In this document: piece after piece, positions 18,624 to 27,288 of the stretch
Numbering within the stretch: the stretch's first letter is position 1
How the letters are laid out: every line of letters begins with the position of its first letter
Assembly (NCBI GenBank): GCA_018895235.1
Contig: JAHIOM010000014.1
Location: 5,203-69,202 of the forward strand
Source: Patescibacteria group bacterium
Lineage (GTDB): Bacteria > Patescibacteriota > Minisyncoccia > Minisyncoccales > Staskawiczbacteraceae
Reading direction: 5' to 3'
DNA length: 64,000 bases
Notes under the pieces: generated by a model
The model's input: only the letters and a program-made list of their open reading frames with translations
What the model was told of the DNA's origin: nothing
Database searches by the model: none
Position numbers and translations under genes: made by a program

Positions 18624-18781
18624 GTAATAAAGCGAGGCGTTAGCCTCCAAAAGTAAATTTCGCAGGCGCGCTGGCATGGTTTCCGCAGAACAGCGCGCCG
18701 AGAACTTAGGGCGCGAAATCCCGCTGGGGATTTCGACGCGCGGTACTTTTTGTGGGTTAATGCCGAGCGTAATGTTAAGCG
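18624..18781 (-). promoter_or_regulatory. GC-rich structured region between thyX and gatB
   Basis: Two strong hairpins in an AT-rich genome: GGCGCGCTG(17 nt)CAGCGCGCC at 18665-18699 and GCG-CGAAATCCC GCTG GGGATTTCG-a-CGC at 18711-18739. A GAGGC/GCCTC hairpin covers a GGAGG about 20 nt before the ATG. Confidence 0.5.
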
Positions 18782-20455
18782 TTAGTTAATTTTAGCATCT
18801 TTCCTGCTAAAATACTGCTTTAATTCCCCTTCTTTCTTCTGTATCTGCTCAACGGTTCCCCTTCTGGCAAAATCATATTCTTGCATATCAACCAAAAGGT
18901 ATTTGGATATTAAAGGATAAATTTTCTGAATTAACTTTATTTTATCGTGTTCTATTTTTCGATAATCAGGGTGACCCTGAGGAATAGTTCTTAATTCCGC
19001 TTCCCAGAAAAAAGACCTTAAGTTCTGATATTGGATAAACCTAAGTTTATGGGCCAAAGCGCAACAATATTGGGCAATATCCTGATCCTTATTTCTCACT
19101 TTTTCATACAGTTCTTCGGTTTTTTCGATGGCGGATTTAAATTCGTTTTCCAGTCCGATTTCCTTTAATTCTGGCGGCGTGTCAAAACCGTTATAAGGGG
19201 AAAATCTTTGCCTGTATTGAGTATGAATTCTATGTCGATGCAGATCTCTCCAGGCACCGATGTTCATTGTAATTTCAAAACGAAGATAAGCATTCTCAAA
19301 GGCGCGGGGGATTTTGTAATATCTTTGCTTTCTGTCTTTAAGAACCTCCTGAAGGATTTTTTCTTTGTCCTCGGCTGATAAACGACGAACCCTGCCCAAA
19401 ACCCTACTAAACGGCTCTTGCGCCTCAAGATAAATAAGACCGGCAATTATTTTATTCTCAGCATCGCCATCATAATCCAATAGTTTAACATTGGTCTGGC
19501 TCGGGATTGTTTCTTTCGGCCAATTTACCTCTGTTAAAACTTTGTTAACCCGATCGCTTCTTTCTGAAATATATTTTCTGTAATCTTCGGAATCTTGGCT
19601 TTCAATCCTTCTTAAAAAAGCAGGCATAATTTTATTCAATTCATCTAGGGCCCGCTGCCCCATCCAACGGATTTCGCCAAGTTTATTATCCAAAGACCTG
19701 GTTATAGCATATTCAAATGCCTGACCGTTGCCAAAAAAAGAAACAGAACTCAAAGTAGAAACGGGCAGTAATTTTCTTGCCACATCAAAGGCTTTTGTTT
19801 TAAGAACTAATTCTTTTTCTCCGGGATATTTTTGTTTAAGGTGCTCAAAATATTTATTGTTAACCAAAGTATAATTATCAAAAAGATTATCCATTACTTC
19901 TCTGTATTCTTTCATTAACCCCATGCCCTCTAAGGTGGGATCGGCATAATACAGATATTGGCCATTTACTTTGGCAGAATAATCAACAAAACGAGTTGAT
20001 TTTTCAATTGGGGCTATTCCCAACCTCATATCCTCTAAATGTTTAATGGCTAACTGCGATATTCCGGCATAAATAAGATGAGTGCCTGCCATCTGGGCGA
20101 TAGAATCATCGCCAAATTGAGATAACCATTTGATATAGAACTCTCTGCCTTTAGGATTTGAAAAAACTACTTCAAGAGGATGTTGATGCAAAAAATCAAT
20201 TAAAGCTCTGAGAGATTCGCCGTATTCGCTTTTTTCCTCCAAAAAGGGTTTTATAAACTCGTTTAGGAAGATTGCTCTTAAATCATCTTTAGCCCGGCTG
20301 GTTCTGGCGCAGAGGGCACCGATAACTTCCGGTGGTATAAAAGTAACTGCAAAAACAGATTGGTCTATGTTGGTGAAGAACGGCTCGATAGAATAACGTT
20401 CTTGGTCTGAAAGATTGGGTTTATCAAATAAAGGCGCGAACTTTTCTATTTCCAT
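18782..20455 (-). CDS. thyX: FAD-dependent thymidylate synthase, double-length (ThyX-like)
   Basis: 557 aa. CARTSRAKDDL in the N-terminal half and WRDLHRHRIHTQYRQRFS (RHR-type ThyX motif) in the C-terminal half. The size suggests a fused or duplicated ThyX fold. Confidence 0.6.
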   Translation of the reverse strand: MEIEKFAPLFDKPNLSDQERYSIEPFFTNIDQSVFAVTFIPPEVIGALCARTSRAKDDLRAIFLNEFIKPFLEEKSEYGESLRALIDFLHQHPLEVVFSNPKGREFYIKWLSQFGDDSIAQMAGTHLIYAGISQLAIKHLEDMRLGIAPIEKSTRFVDYSAKVNGQYLYYADPTLEGMGLMKEYREVMDNLFDNYTLVNNKYFEHLKQKYPGEKELVLKTKAFDVARKLLPVSTLSSVSFFGNGQAFEYAITRSLDNKLGEIRWMGQRALDELNKIMPAFLRRIESQDSEDYRKYISERSDRVNKVLTEVNWPKETIPSQTNVKLLDYDGDAENKIIAGLIYLEAQEPFSRVLGRVRRLSAEDKEKILQEVLKDRKQRYYKIPRAFENAYLRFEITMNIGAWRDLHRHRIHTQYRQRFSPYNGFDTPPELKEIGLENEFKSAIEKTEELYEKVRNKDQDIAQYCCALAHKLRFIQYQNLRSFFWEAELRTIPQGHPDYRKIEHDKIKLIQKIYPLISKYLLVDMQEYDFARRGTVEQIQKKEGELKQYFSRKDAKIN

Positions 20456-20532
20456 GTTGACTACGTAATGAGTTTCGGCAAAGATTGGAAAAAATCTTTA
20501 ACCTTGGCCCTTCGTAGATATTTACCCGGTTA

Positions 20533-20565
20533 AATGCCCGTGGGCAATCCCGCCAAGGCGGGATT
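20533..20565 (-). terminator. Hairpin pair after tmk (weak terminator or thyX leader structure)
   Basis: Minus strand: AATCCCGCC TTG GCGGGATT, then GCCC AC GGGC ATTT. The T-run is weak. Confidence 0.35.
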
Positions 20566-20567
20566 AT

Positions 20568-21197
20568 TTAACTGGGTGAATTTTTAAATATTTTTTCGTT
20601 AATAATATTTTTGATTTCTTCATGAATCGCCTCAATAGATCTTTCTCCTTCAATAATAAACACATTTTCAATTTTCTCCGGCATTATTCTGTATGCCTCC
20701 CAAACCTTGGTTAGTTTTTCTTCTTTCTCAAAAAGAGTTTTAGCGGTTCCTCTTTTATCAATTCTTTCAACGCAAACCCGGGGCGCTACTTTTAGAATAA
20801 AAGATAAATCGGGCAGTAAGAAATTATCATTTAACTTAATCAACCAGTCTAAATCTACACCATCTGATGCTCCGAAACAAAAAGAGGAGAAAAAATATCT
20901 ATCGGATATAACAAACTTCCCTTGTTCTAAAGCCGGGATAATAGTATTTTTTAAATGTTCCTCTCGGTCTTTCGCAAAAAGTTTCTGCAGTTCAGCCGGG
21001 TCTTCTTGGGTTTTTTCATCTAAAATCTGTCTTATTTTCCTTCCGGCTTCGGAATCTTTTGTTGGCTCTTTGGTAATTACTACTTGGTATCCTTGTTTTA
21101 ATAAAAAATCTCTTAAAAGAGACGCTTGAGTTGACTGGCCGGAGCCGTCTAACCCCTCAAATGCAATAAATTTTCCCGGTAAGGTATTTTTAATCAT
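20568..21197 (-). CDS. tmk: Thymidylate kinase
   Basis: FIAFEGLDGSGQSTQ P-loop, ITKEPT and SDRYFFSS (DRY motif). Confidence 0.85.
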   Translation of the reverse strand: MIKNTLPGKFIAFEGLDGSGQSTQASLLRDFLLKQGYQVVITKEPTKDSEAGRKIRQILDEKTQEDPAELQKLFAKDREEHLKNTIIPALEQGKFVISDRYFFSSFCFGASDGVDLDWLIKLNDNFLLPDLSFILKVAPRVCVERIDKRGTAKTLFEKEEKLTKVWEAYRIMPEKIENVFIIEGERSIEAIHEEIKNIINEKIFKNSPS

Positions 21198-21232
21198 GGT
21201 TTTGTTTTAAATCATACTATCATAACAGAAAT

Positions 21233-21258
21233 AAAAAAAGAAGGGGTTTTAATCCTTC
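21233..21258 (-). terminator. Intrinsic terminator after the CYTH-HAD unit
   Basis: Minus strand: GAAGG ATTAAAACC CCTTC followed by TTTTTTT. Confidence 0.65.
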
Positions 21259-21318
21259 AATAATTAGATAATGTAAGATTTTGTAAAGCGCTTCGTTCTA
21301 AAGAAAAACTTGTTTTAT

Positions 21319-21939
21319 TTAATTACCCAGAATAACTTTTTCTAATTCCTCTAAGTTGTGGACTATGAAGTCGGGATTTACAGTTTTTAACCTATTCTCT
21401 GCACTAAAACCCCAGGTAACTGCAGCAGTTATAACACCATTTTTTTCTCCGACTTCTATCTCATGATTAGAATCGCCAATAAAAATAGTTTCTTCTGGTT
21501 TGAAGTTGTGTTTTCTAATCAACTCCTCTATAGCTTCTGATTTATCGTGAACACCAACAATAACATCATCAAATATACCTTTAAGTTTAAAACTTTCAAT
21601 TTCTGGCAAAATAGTTTCGGGGTCATCAGAACTTATAATCACTATCTTTCTTTTGGTTTGTTTGAGTTTCTTTATTAAATCTGTGATCCCTGGATATGAT
21701 TTGGCTTTTGGGTTTTCCGCAATAGCTTTTTTATAAGCAACAACTTCCTGCTCTATGTTTAAATTCGGCAAATACTTGTTATAAAAACGCATATACGGCT
21801 GCTCCCAATTTTCTTTCAATTCTTCCAACGATATCTCTTTTATCCCAAAACTCTTAAATATTTTGTTTACTGCGCAAAAATGGTCTGAAACGCAGTCTTT
21901 TATAACGCCAGACCAGTCAAAAATAATGTTTTTTATCAT
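21319..21939 (-). CDS. HAD-superfamily hydrolase (phosphatase-like)
   Basis: IIFDWSGVI (motif I with the second Asp replaced), ISSD, and GDSNHEIEVG (motif IV-like). Confidence 0.75.
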   Translation of the reverse strand: MIKNIIFDWSGVIKDCVSDHFCAVNKIFKSFGIKEISLEELKENWEQPYMRFYNKYLPNLNIEQEVVAYKKAIAENPKAKSYPGITDLIKKLKQTKRKIVIISSDDPETILPEIESFKLKGIFDDVIVGVHDKSEAIEELIRKHNFKPEETIFIGDSNHEIEVGEKNGVITAAVTWGFSAENRLKTVNPDFIVHNLEELEKVILGN

Positions 21940-21961
21940 ATTTTACTGCTTTTAGTTTGAT

Positions 21962-22537
21962 TTAATTGTCTTCATATTCAACTTCTTTAGGAAACATCAA
22001 CTGAAAAGGATAACCGACATAGTTCCTCTTTATTTTCCCACACCCAATATTTTTCAGAAAGTTTATCATTTCGTCTGTTATTACCTTTGCGTCTGCATTT
22101 TCATTATTTCCTATATATTCAATCTCTACAAAATCTCCCAAATTTTTTACATTGTCTATCGAAATCTCATAATCTTTATATATCCATGTTTTCCTTAATT
22201 TATCAACCAAAACTACCTGTTTAAAATTTAAAACATCAAATATCTTTCTAATTTTATTAATATCTTCTATCTTCGTTTCGTATTCGTCACAATAAGAACT
22301 TTTACTATTTTCATCAAAATGCCAATTTTTATAGTTTATTGAATAATTACCGCCAGAATTTCTTAACCTCAGCCACTCTTTAAGTGGTCTAAATTCTAAA
22401 AAATTGCGATGGGCCGGAGAAAAATATTCGTCAATTTGGCGCTTTTCTGATTTATGGTGCGCGTTTTCCGCTAAAAAATCAATCAATGGTTTGCTGTTTT
22501 CTATATTAACTTGGATTTCTATTTCAATATTTTCCAT
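21962..22537 (-). CDS. CYTH-domain protein (class IV adenylate cyclase / triphosphatase-like)
   Basis: N-terminal EIEIQV (ExExK-type), LRLRNSGG, and C-terminal LGDFVEIEY. Confidence 0.8.
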   Translation of the reverse strand: MENIEIEIQVNIENSKPLIDFLAENAHHKSEKRQIDEYFSPAHRNFLEFRPLKEWLRLRNSGGNYSINYKNWHFDENSKSSYCDEYETKIEDINKIRKIFDVLNFKQVVLVDKLRKTWIYKDYEISIDNVKNLGDFVEIEYIGNNENADAKVITDEMINFLKNIGCGKIKRNYVGYPFQLMFPKEVEYEDN

Positions 22538-22567
22538 ATTTTGAGTTTATTTTGTTCCATATTACAA

Positions 22568-22597
22568 CAAAAAAGGGATCTCCGCCATAGAGATCCC
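22568..22597 (-). terminator. Intrinsic terminator ending the tmk2-nfo-radical SAM unit
   Basis: Minus strand: GGGATCTC TATGGCG GAGATCCC followed by TTTTTT. Confidence 0.8.
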
Positions 22598-22603
22598 CTG
22601 AAT

Positions 22604-23701
22604 TTATTTCCTCAGTCTTTCCCACCCCAATTTTTGCCAAATAATTTCGTTTTGTTTTGGCTTAAACGAAATACATAAAGGAATAACTTCTCCAAAATTT
22701 CGTTTTTGATTGGTGCAGGGAGTCGGTGTCCGAAGATCAAATCCTTCAAGCTCATTTGTTTCATGCTTCCAAAAAATTCCTCGGGCATCGAACCTAGCAA
22801 CAGCCCAGGGTGTACCGATTCTTAGAGCACAGATTTGAATTAAACCGTTTGAATGGACTAAAACCCTTTCTCCAAATTTTACAGGACAATAACCGTAATA
22901 TTCTTGGCTTTCATTAAATTCCTCTCGAGTTACAAACCGCCTAGGAATTCTCACTTGTACTTTATATCTACCCGCATCTGTTCTTTTGCGTATTTCTTCA
23001 TACAATTCCAACCAGAGTTCCAGCGAGATATCCGTTTCTCCAACCCATTCATCTCGCGGAATATCCATCCGGAAAAGAGGATGAAAATTTATCCGCTTAA
23101 CTCCTATTTTCTCAGCAAATCTAATCATTGATTCAATCAAGAACTCGCCGTCTCGACTCCTGCCCACATTTTCTCTGTGTACACAGCAAGTTACATCTAC
23201 TTTGTATCCGAGACTGACGGCCTTTTTTATATTCTCCAAAGCCATTGAAAAAGAAGTTTCTCCTCTTAATGCGTCATTGATTGTATTAAAATGACTATCA
23301 ATGCTAAATGTTATTTCATCAAGCATTTTAAACTCTACTCTCTCCAACAACTCTGGAGAAAACTGGCCGTTAGTATCAAGTCGGACATATTCATAACCCA
23401 AATCTTTTGCGCCCTTTATTACAGCTAATAATGGCTTATGGCCATTCGATGCACCGTACAATGTCGGCTCTCCGCCGATCAGTGATAATTTAATTGCGCC
23501 AAGTTCTTTAAGTTTTTCCAACAAAAGCAGAGCTGTATATTCAGGTATCTCGCCGTTTCTTCTAAGCCACGGCTTATAAAGACATTGGGTGCATGTGAGA
23601 TTGCAATTGTCCGTGATATACAAAAATACTTGTTTAATTCTTTCCCTAAAATAATCTTCGAATTTTGGATCGACGGTGAATTCTTTTGGTTTGCTGGTCA
23701 T
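22604..23701 (-). CDS. Radical SAM protein of unknown function
   Basis: CNLTCTQC (CxxxCxxC) and a GGEPTLY glycine motif. Start set at the Met (MTSKPKEF) preceded by GAAAGGAGG 7 nt upstream. The longer track ORF (to 23833) would run deep into nfo. Confidence 0.8.
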   Translation of the reverse strand: MTSKPKEFTVDPKFEDYFRERIKQVFLYITDNCNLTCTQCLYKPWLRRNGEIPEYTALLLLEKLKELGAIKLSLIGGEPTLYGASNGHKPLLAVIKGAKDLGYEYVRLDTNGQFSPELLERVEFKMLDEITFSIDSHFNTINDALRGETSFSMALENIKKAVSLGYKVDVTCCVHRENVGRSRDGEFLIESMIRFAEKIGVKRINFHPLFRMDIPRDEWVGETDISLELWLELYEEIRKRTDAGRYKVQVRIPRRFVTREEFNESQEYYGYCPVKFGERVLVHSNGLIQICALRIGTPWAVARFDARGIFWKHETNELEGFDLRTPTPCTNQKRNFGEVIPLCISFKPKQNEIIWQKLGWERLRK

Positions 23702-24557
23702 GAGATACCTCCTTTCTTGTAAGAGTTTGAAGATTTCTGAGTAAGCCGAGATTCTGCTGGCTTTTCTCGTCCCGTTCCGGAATTTCAAGAATTTTAGGAA
23801 TGTCTGAAAATCTTGGTTCTCCCACAATAGCATGAAAACATTCTAATCCCAGGTATCCTTCCCCAATCGAAGCATGCCTATCAATGTAAGAACCTAAATC
23901 TTCTTTTGAATCATTAAGATGAAACGCCGCCACGTTTTTCATTCCGATGATTTTGTCTAATTGCTCCATCGTCTTTTCATATCCTTTATATGAACTTACA
24001 TCATACCCTGCTGCAAAAACATGGCAGGTATCAAAACAGACACCAAATCGTTCCGGCTGTTTGACAAGCCCCATTATTTCCGCCAATTGTTCAAAAGAGC
24101 TTCCAATCTCGGTACCTTGACCAGACATAGTTTCCAAAAGTATTTTCGTAAGTGTATTACTTGTGCTGGCTAACGCCATATTCAAAACATTGACAGATCT
24201 TTTAATTCCTGTCTTTACGCCTGCGCCGCGATGGCTACCTGGATGCGCTACTATAAAAGAAACTCCCATTTTTCTAGCTCGATCCAATTCAGCAATCAAG
24301 CGATTCCCTGCTTTTATATAAAGATCACTGTCTGACGACGCCAAATTAACCAAATACGGCAGGTGGGCCACTACCTCCTTAACCTTGCTTTTTCTCCAAG
24401 CATTTTTGAATTCAAAAATTTCTTTTTCAGACAAGATAGGAACATCCCATCTTCTTGAAAGAGTAAGGTATATCTGAATGCATTCGCATCCCCATTTGTC
24501 AGCGCATTCAAAACCTTTCGGTAATCCACCTATAGTTGGTACATTAGAACCCAGCAT
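23646..24557 (-). CDS. nfo: Endonuclease IV (deoxyribonuclease IV)
   Basis: AHLPYLVNLAS, VAHPGSH, ETMSGQG, CFDTCHVFAAGYD and HLNDSK metal-ligand motifs. Confidence 0.9.
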   Translation of the reverse strand: MLGSNVPTIGGLPKGFECADKWGCECIQIYLTLSRRWDVPILSEKEIFEFKNAWRKSKVKEVVAHLPYLVNLASSDSDLYIKAGNRLIAELDRARKMGVSFIVAHPGSHRGAGVKTGIKRSVNVLNMALASTSNTLTKILLETMSGQGTEIGSSFEQLAEIMGLVKQPERFGVCFDTCHVFAAGYDVSSYKGYEKTMEQLDKIIGMKNVAAFHLNDSKEDLGSYIDRHASIGEGYLGLECFHAIVGEPRFSDIPKILEIPERDEKSQQNLGLLRNLQTLTRKEVSHDQQTKRIHRRSKIRRLF

Positions 24558-25191
24558 GATATTTTTCTCCTAAAAGATTTTCTACTTCTTTCCACATATT
24601 ATTAAAAACTTCACCCACTGAAACACTCGCATCTATTACTTTAATCCTTTTCGGGAATCTTTTTGCTTGTTCTAAATATCCAATTCTCACCCTTTCGTGA
24701 AACACAATGGATTCTTTTTCAATCCGATGCTTTTCTCTTGATGCTATGCGAGCCAGCGCTATACGCGGATCAATATCTAAAAGAATAGTAATCGCAGGAT
24801 TGATACCGTCTGCTACTACCTGACTTAATTTATCAACAAAATCAACTGATAATCCCCTAGCAAAAACTTGGAAAGCATAAAAAGCATCGTTGTATCGTTC
24901 GCCAATAACAACCTTACCTCCTAAAAGAGCTGGCTTGATTACCTCTACCACATTTTGATGGCGCGCGGCTGCGATAAGTAACGCTTCTGTCAATATCGCA
25001 ACGTTATTATTTTCTTCTAAGTTGATTCTGCGCAATTTCTGTCCGATAGCCGTACCTTTTTGATCAACTGAAATAACTGTTTTATAACCCAGTTCTTCCA
25101 GTTTCTTCTTTAATAAATTCGTTAAAGTGGTTTTGCCGCAACCATGTCCACCCTCAATTGTAACAAACAAACCAGGATAATCTCTATTCAT
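24544..25191 (-). CDS. Second thymidylate-kinase-family P-loop kinase
   Basis: FVTIEGGHGCGKTT (Asp replaced by His in the EGxDGxGK motif), LLIAAARHQN and GERYNDAFYAFQ. Preceded by GAAGGAGAG. Confidence 0.75.
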   Translation of the reverse strand: MNRDYPGLFVTIEGGHGCGKTTLTNLLKKKLEELGYKTVISVDQKGTAIGQKLRRINLEENNNVAILTEALLIAAARHQNVVEVIKPALLGGKVVIGERYNDAFYAFQVFARGLSVDFVDKLSQVVADGINPAITILLDIDPRIALARIASREKHRIEKESIVFHERVRIGYLEQAKRFPKRIKVIDASVSVGEVFNNMWKEVENLLGEKYHAGF

Positions 25192-25345
25192 TTCAATCTC
25201 TCCTTCAGGATATTAATTTTTCAAAAGTGAAAACCGCTTTCACTTGCTGTTTTCAGATTACGGCTTTAACAATTTATATCAAGAGTCCCGCAGAAGCGGT
25301 GAACCTGACAACTCAATTTTTCTTGCTTGATAAAATACTATAGCA
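25192..25345 (-). promoter_or_regulatory. Structured 5' leader with terminator-like hairpin (riboswitch/attenuator candidate)
   Basis: Minus strand order: TGcTATAGT extended -10; 7-bp closing stem TATCAAG(25332-25326)/CTTGATA(25283-25277) enclosing CCGC TTCT GCGG; then AGTGAAA GCGGT TTTCACT TTTTG (25244-25222). AAGCCG upstream can pair with the CGGTTT of the terminator. Confidence 0.5.
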
Positions 25346-25350
25346 CAACG

Positions 25351-25386
25351 AAAATAAAAGAAGAAGAGGTCTAATCTCTTCTTCTT
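25351..25386 (-). terminator. Intrinsic terminator after dCMP deaminase
   Basis: Minus strand: AAGAAGAAGAG ATTAGAC CTCTTCTTCTT followed by TTATTTT. Confidence 0.75.
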
Positions 25387-25406
25387 TCCAAATCTTATTT
25401 TGTATA

Positions 25407-25949
25407 TTATTTAAGACCTTCTTTTTGATTTTGGTCTTCTCCGTACTGGTATTTATCATCCACGATATCTTTTTCTCTCCACTCTTCAACCCAATCCTTA
25501 ACATAAAAAATTCTCATATTATTTTCTTCTTTTTCGGAACAAACCACTCTTTCAATTCCGGCATTAATAATCATTCTTTTGCAAAAATAGCAAGGATAAG
25601 TTGACACCCTATTACCCTCTCTGTCTTTGCTGTGTAAATAAAGCGCTCCTCCGTACAAACTTACCCCCGCCCTAGCGGCGTTAATAATAGCATTCTGTTC
25701 GGCATGCACACTTCTGCATAATTCATATCTCTCACCGTGGGGAATTTTTAACTTATCTCTCAGACAATTTCCTCTTTCTAAACAATCTTTGGTTTTCCTC
25801 GGAGCGCCTATATAACCAGTAGCGATAATTTGATCGTCTCTAACAATTATTGCCCCATTTTTTGCTCTAAAACAGGTGCTTCGCTCGCCAATTTCTTTGG
25901 CGATATTAAGATAATATTGATCTTTTGACGGACGTTTAGTATCTGCCAT
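25407..25949 (-). CDS. dCMP deaminase (ComEB-like)
   Basis: HAEQNAI and PCYFCKRMI zinc motifs. Start set at MADTKRPS, because the track start at 25976 would overlap rplK. Confidence 0.85.
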   Translation of the reverse strand: MADTKRPSKDQYYLNIAKEIGERSTCFRAKNGAIIVRDDQIIATGYIGAPRKTKDCLERGNCLRDKLKIPHGERYELCRSVHAEQNAIINAARAGVSLYGGALYLHSKDREGNRVSTYPCYFCKRMIINAGIERVVCSEKEENNMRIFYVKDWVEEWREKDIVDDKYQYGEDQNQKEGLK

Positions 25950-25959
25950 AATTTTGTTT

Positions 25960-26385
25960 TTATTCTGTAATTTCAATTCCCATATTTTTTGCTGTGCCGG
26001 CGATTATTTTCATCGCCTGTTCAATATCAGTAGTGTTCAAATCTTCTATTTTCTTTTGGGCAATTTCTTTTAATTGGGCTTTGGTAATTTTAGCCACTTT
26101 TATTTTATTGGGCTCGCCAGAACCTTTTTCAATTCCGGCTGCTTTTCTTAGTAATTCTGAAGCGGGCGGTTTTTTAAGTTTAAAAGTATAGGTTCTATCA
26201 TTATAAATTGTAATCTCTACCGGTACAATAAAACCGGCCTGGTCTTTTGTTGCTTCGTTAAATTTCTGGCAGAATTCAGAAATATTCAAACCGTGCTGAG
26301 CCAAAGCCGGACCCACCGGAGGCGCTGGATTGGCTTTTGTTGCCTGTATCTGAAGTTTAACAATTGCTTTTATTTGTTTTGCCAT
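25960..26385 (-). CDS. rplK: 50S ribosomal protein L11
   Basis: [34 protein letters not shown]. The track ORF carries a spurious 28-codon N-terminal extension. Confidence 0.9.
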   Translation of the reverse strand: MAKQIKAIVKLQIQATKANPAPPVGPALAQHGLNISEFCQKFNEATKDQAGFIVPVEITIYNDRTYTFKLKKPPASELLRKAAGIEKGSGEPNKIKVAKITKAQLKEIAQKKIEDLNTTDIEQAMKIIAGTAKNMGIEITE

Positions 26386-26416
26386 AGTTTTATATTTTAA
26401 TCTTTTATATCCTAAT

Positions 26417-26962
26417 TTAAACTTTTTTAATTTGCAAAGAGTCAAGTTCAACCGGAGTATCCCGACCAAACATATTAACTAATACTTTGACCTTACCCTT
26501 TTCCAAATCAATCTCTGAAACCTTTCCGTCAAAACTCTTAAATGGACCATCATTAATTTTAACCAAATCGCCGATTTTAAAATCAATTTTGAAATCAGGC
26601 TCCTTAACTTCCATTTTTTTCATTAAATAATCTACTTCTTCCTTAGAAACAGGCAAGGGAGTTGTGCCGGCCCCGATAAAACCTGTAACGCGGGGAGTGT
26701 TTCTCACCACATACCATGACGCATCGGTTACTATCATTTCAACCAACACATAGCCCGGATATATTTTTTCTTCAATTACTTTGCGCTTGCTGTTCTTTAT
26801 TTTAATCTTCTTTTCTTTCGGGACAATAACATTAAAAATCTTATCTTCCATACCTAAACTCTCAATCCTTTGTTTTAGGTTTTTAGCAACCGCATCTTCG
26901 TAACCGGAATAAGTGTGGATTACATACCAGTTTCTGCTTTGTTCAATGATTTGCTTTGGCAT
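26417..26962 (-). CDS. nusG: Transcription termination/antitermination factor NusG
   Basis: [18 protein letters not shown] domain and a C-terminal KOW ([18 protein letters not shown]). Confidence 0.9.
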   Translation of the reverse strand: MPKQIIEQSRNWYVIHTYSGYEDAVAKNLKQRIESLGMEDKIFNVIVPKEKKIKIKNSKRKVIEEKIYPGYVLVEMIVTDASWYVVRNTPRVTGFIGAGTTPLPVSKEEVDYLMKKMEVKEPDFKIDFKIGDLVKINDGPFKSFDGKVSEIDLEKGKVKVLVNMFGRDTPVELDSLQIKKV

Positions 26963-26974
26963 AATGTATAAAGG

Positions 26975-27190
26975 TTAGGAAGCGCGGTATAAAATAAACT
27001 TTTGGATTAAATTCATAAAAATATAGTCTAGACCGCCCAAAAAGGCAGCTACTATAAAAGTTACCAGGATTACAATTAATGTATATCTCAAAAGCTCTTG
27101 GCGGTTTAGCCAGTTAACTTTTTTGAGTTCTAAATATACTCCTTTTAAAAAGCTTTTTATTCTGCTTACAATATTTGAGAGTTTAATCAT
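26975..27190 (-). CDS. secE: Preprotein translocase subunit SecE
   Basis: 71 aa with a single C-terminal TM helix. Sits in the canonical secE-nusG-rplK order. Confidence 0.75.
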   Translation of the reverse strand: MIKLSNIVSRIKSFLKGVYLELKKVNWLNRQELLRYTLIVILVTFIVAAFLGGLDYIFMNLIQKFILYRAS

Positions 27191-27242
27191 ATTAAAATAA
27201 TCCTAATGGTATTTAAGTAAAAAATCAAATCTCTTGGTTTTT

Positions 27243-27260
27243 AAAACGGCCGCGGGGGCC
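27243..27260 (-). terminator. Short GC hairpin terminator after gyrB
   Basis: Minus strand: GGCC CCCGC GGCC followed by GTTTT. Confidence 0.45.
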
Positions 27261-27288
27261 ATCTACCCTTAAATTACCCTGCCAAGAA

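Noticed and set aside
20456-20567. thyX leader as a folate- or ZTP-type riboswitch
   Set aside because: It contains three simple hairpins, but none of the conserved junction sequences I recall for THF or ZTP aptamers. Kept only as a weak terminator/leader feature.
23702-23833. N-terminal 44-codon extension of the radical SAM ORF
   Set aside because: It would overlap nfo by 188 nt. An internal Met at 23701 has a GAAAGGAGG Shine-Dalgarno 7 nt upstream.
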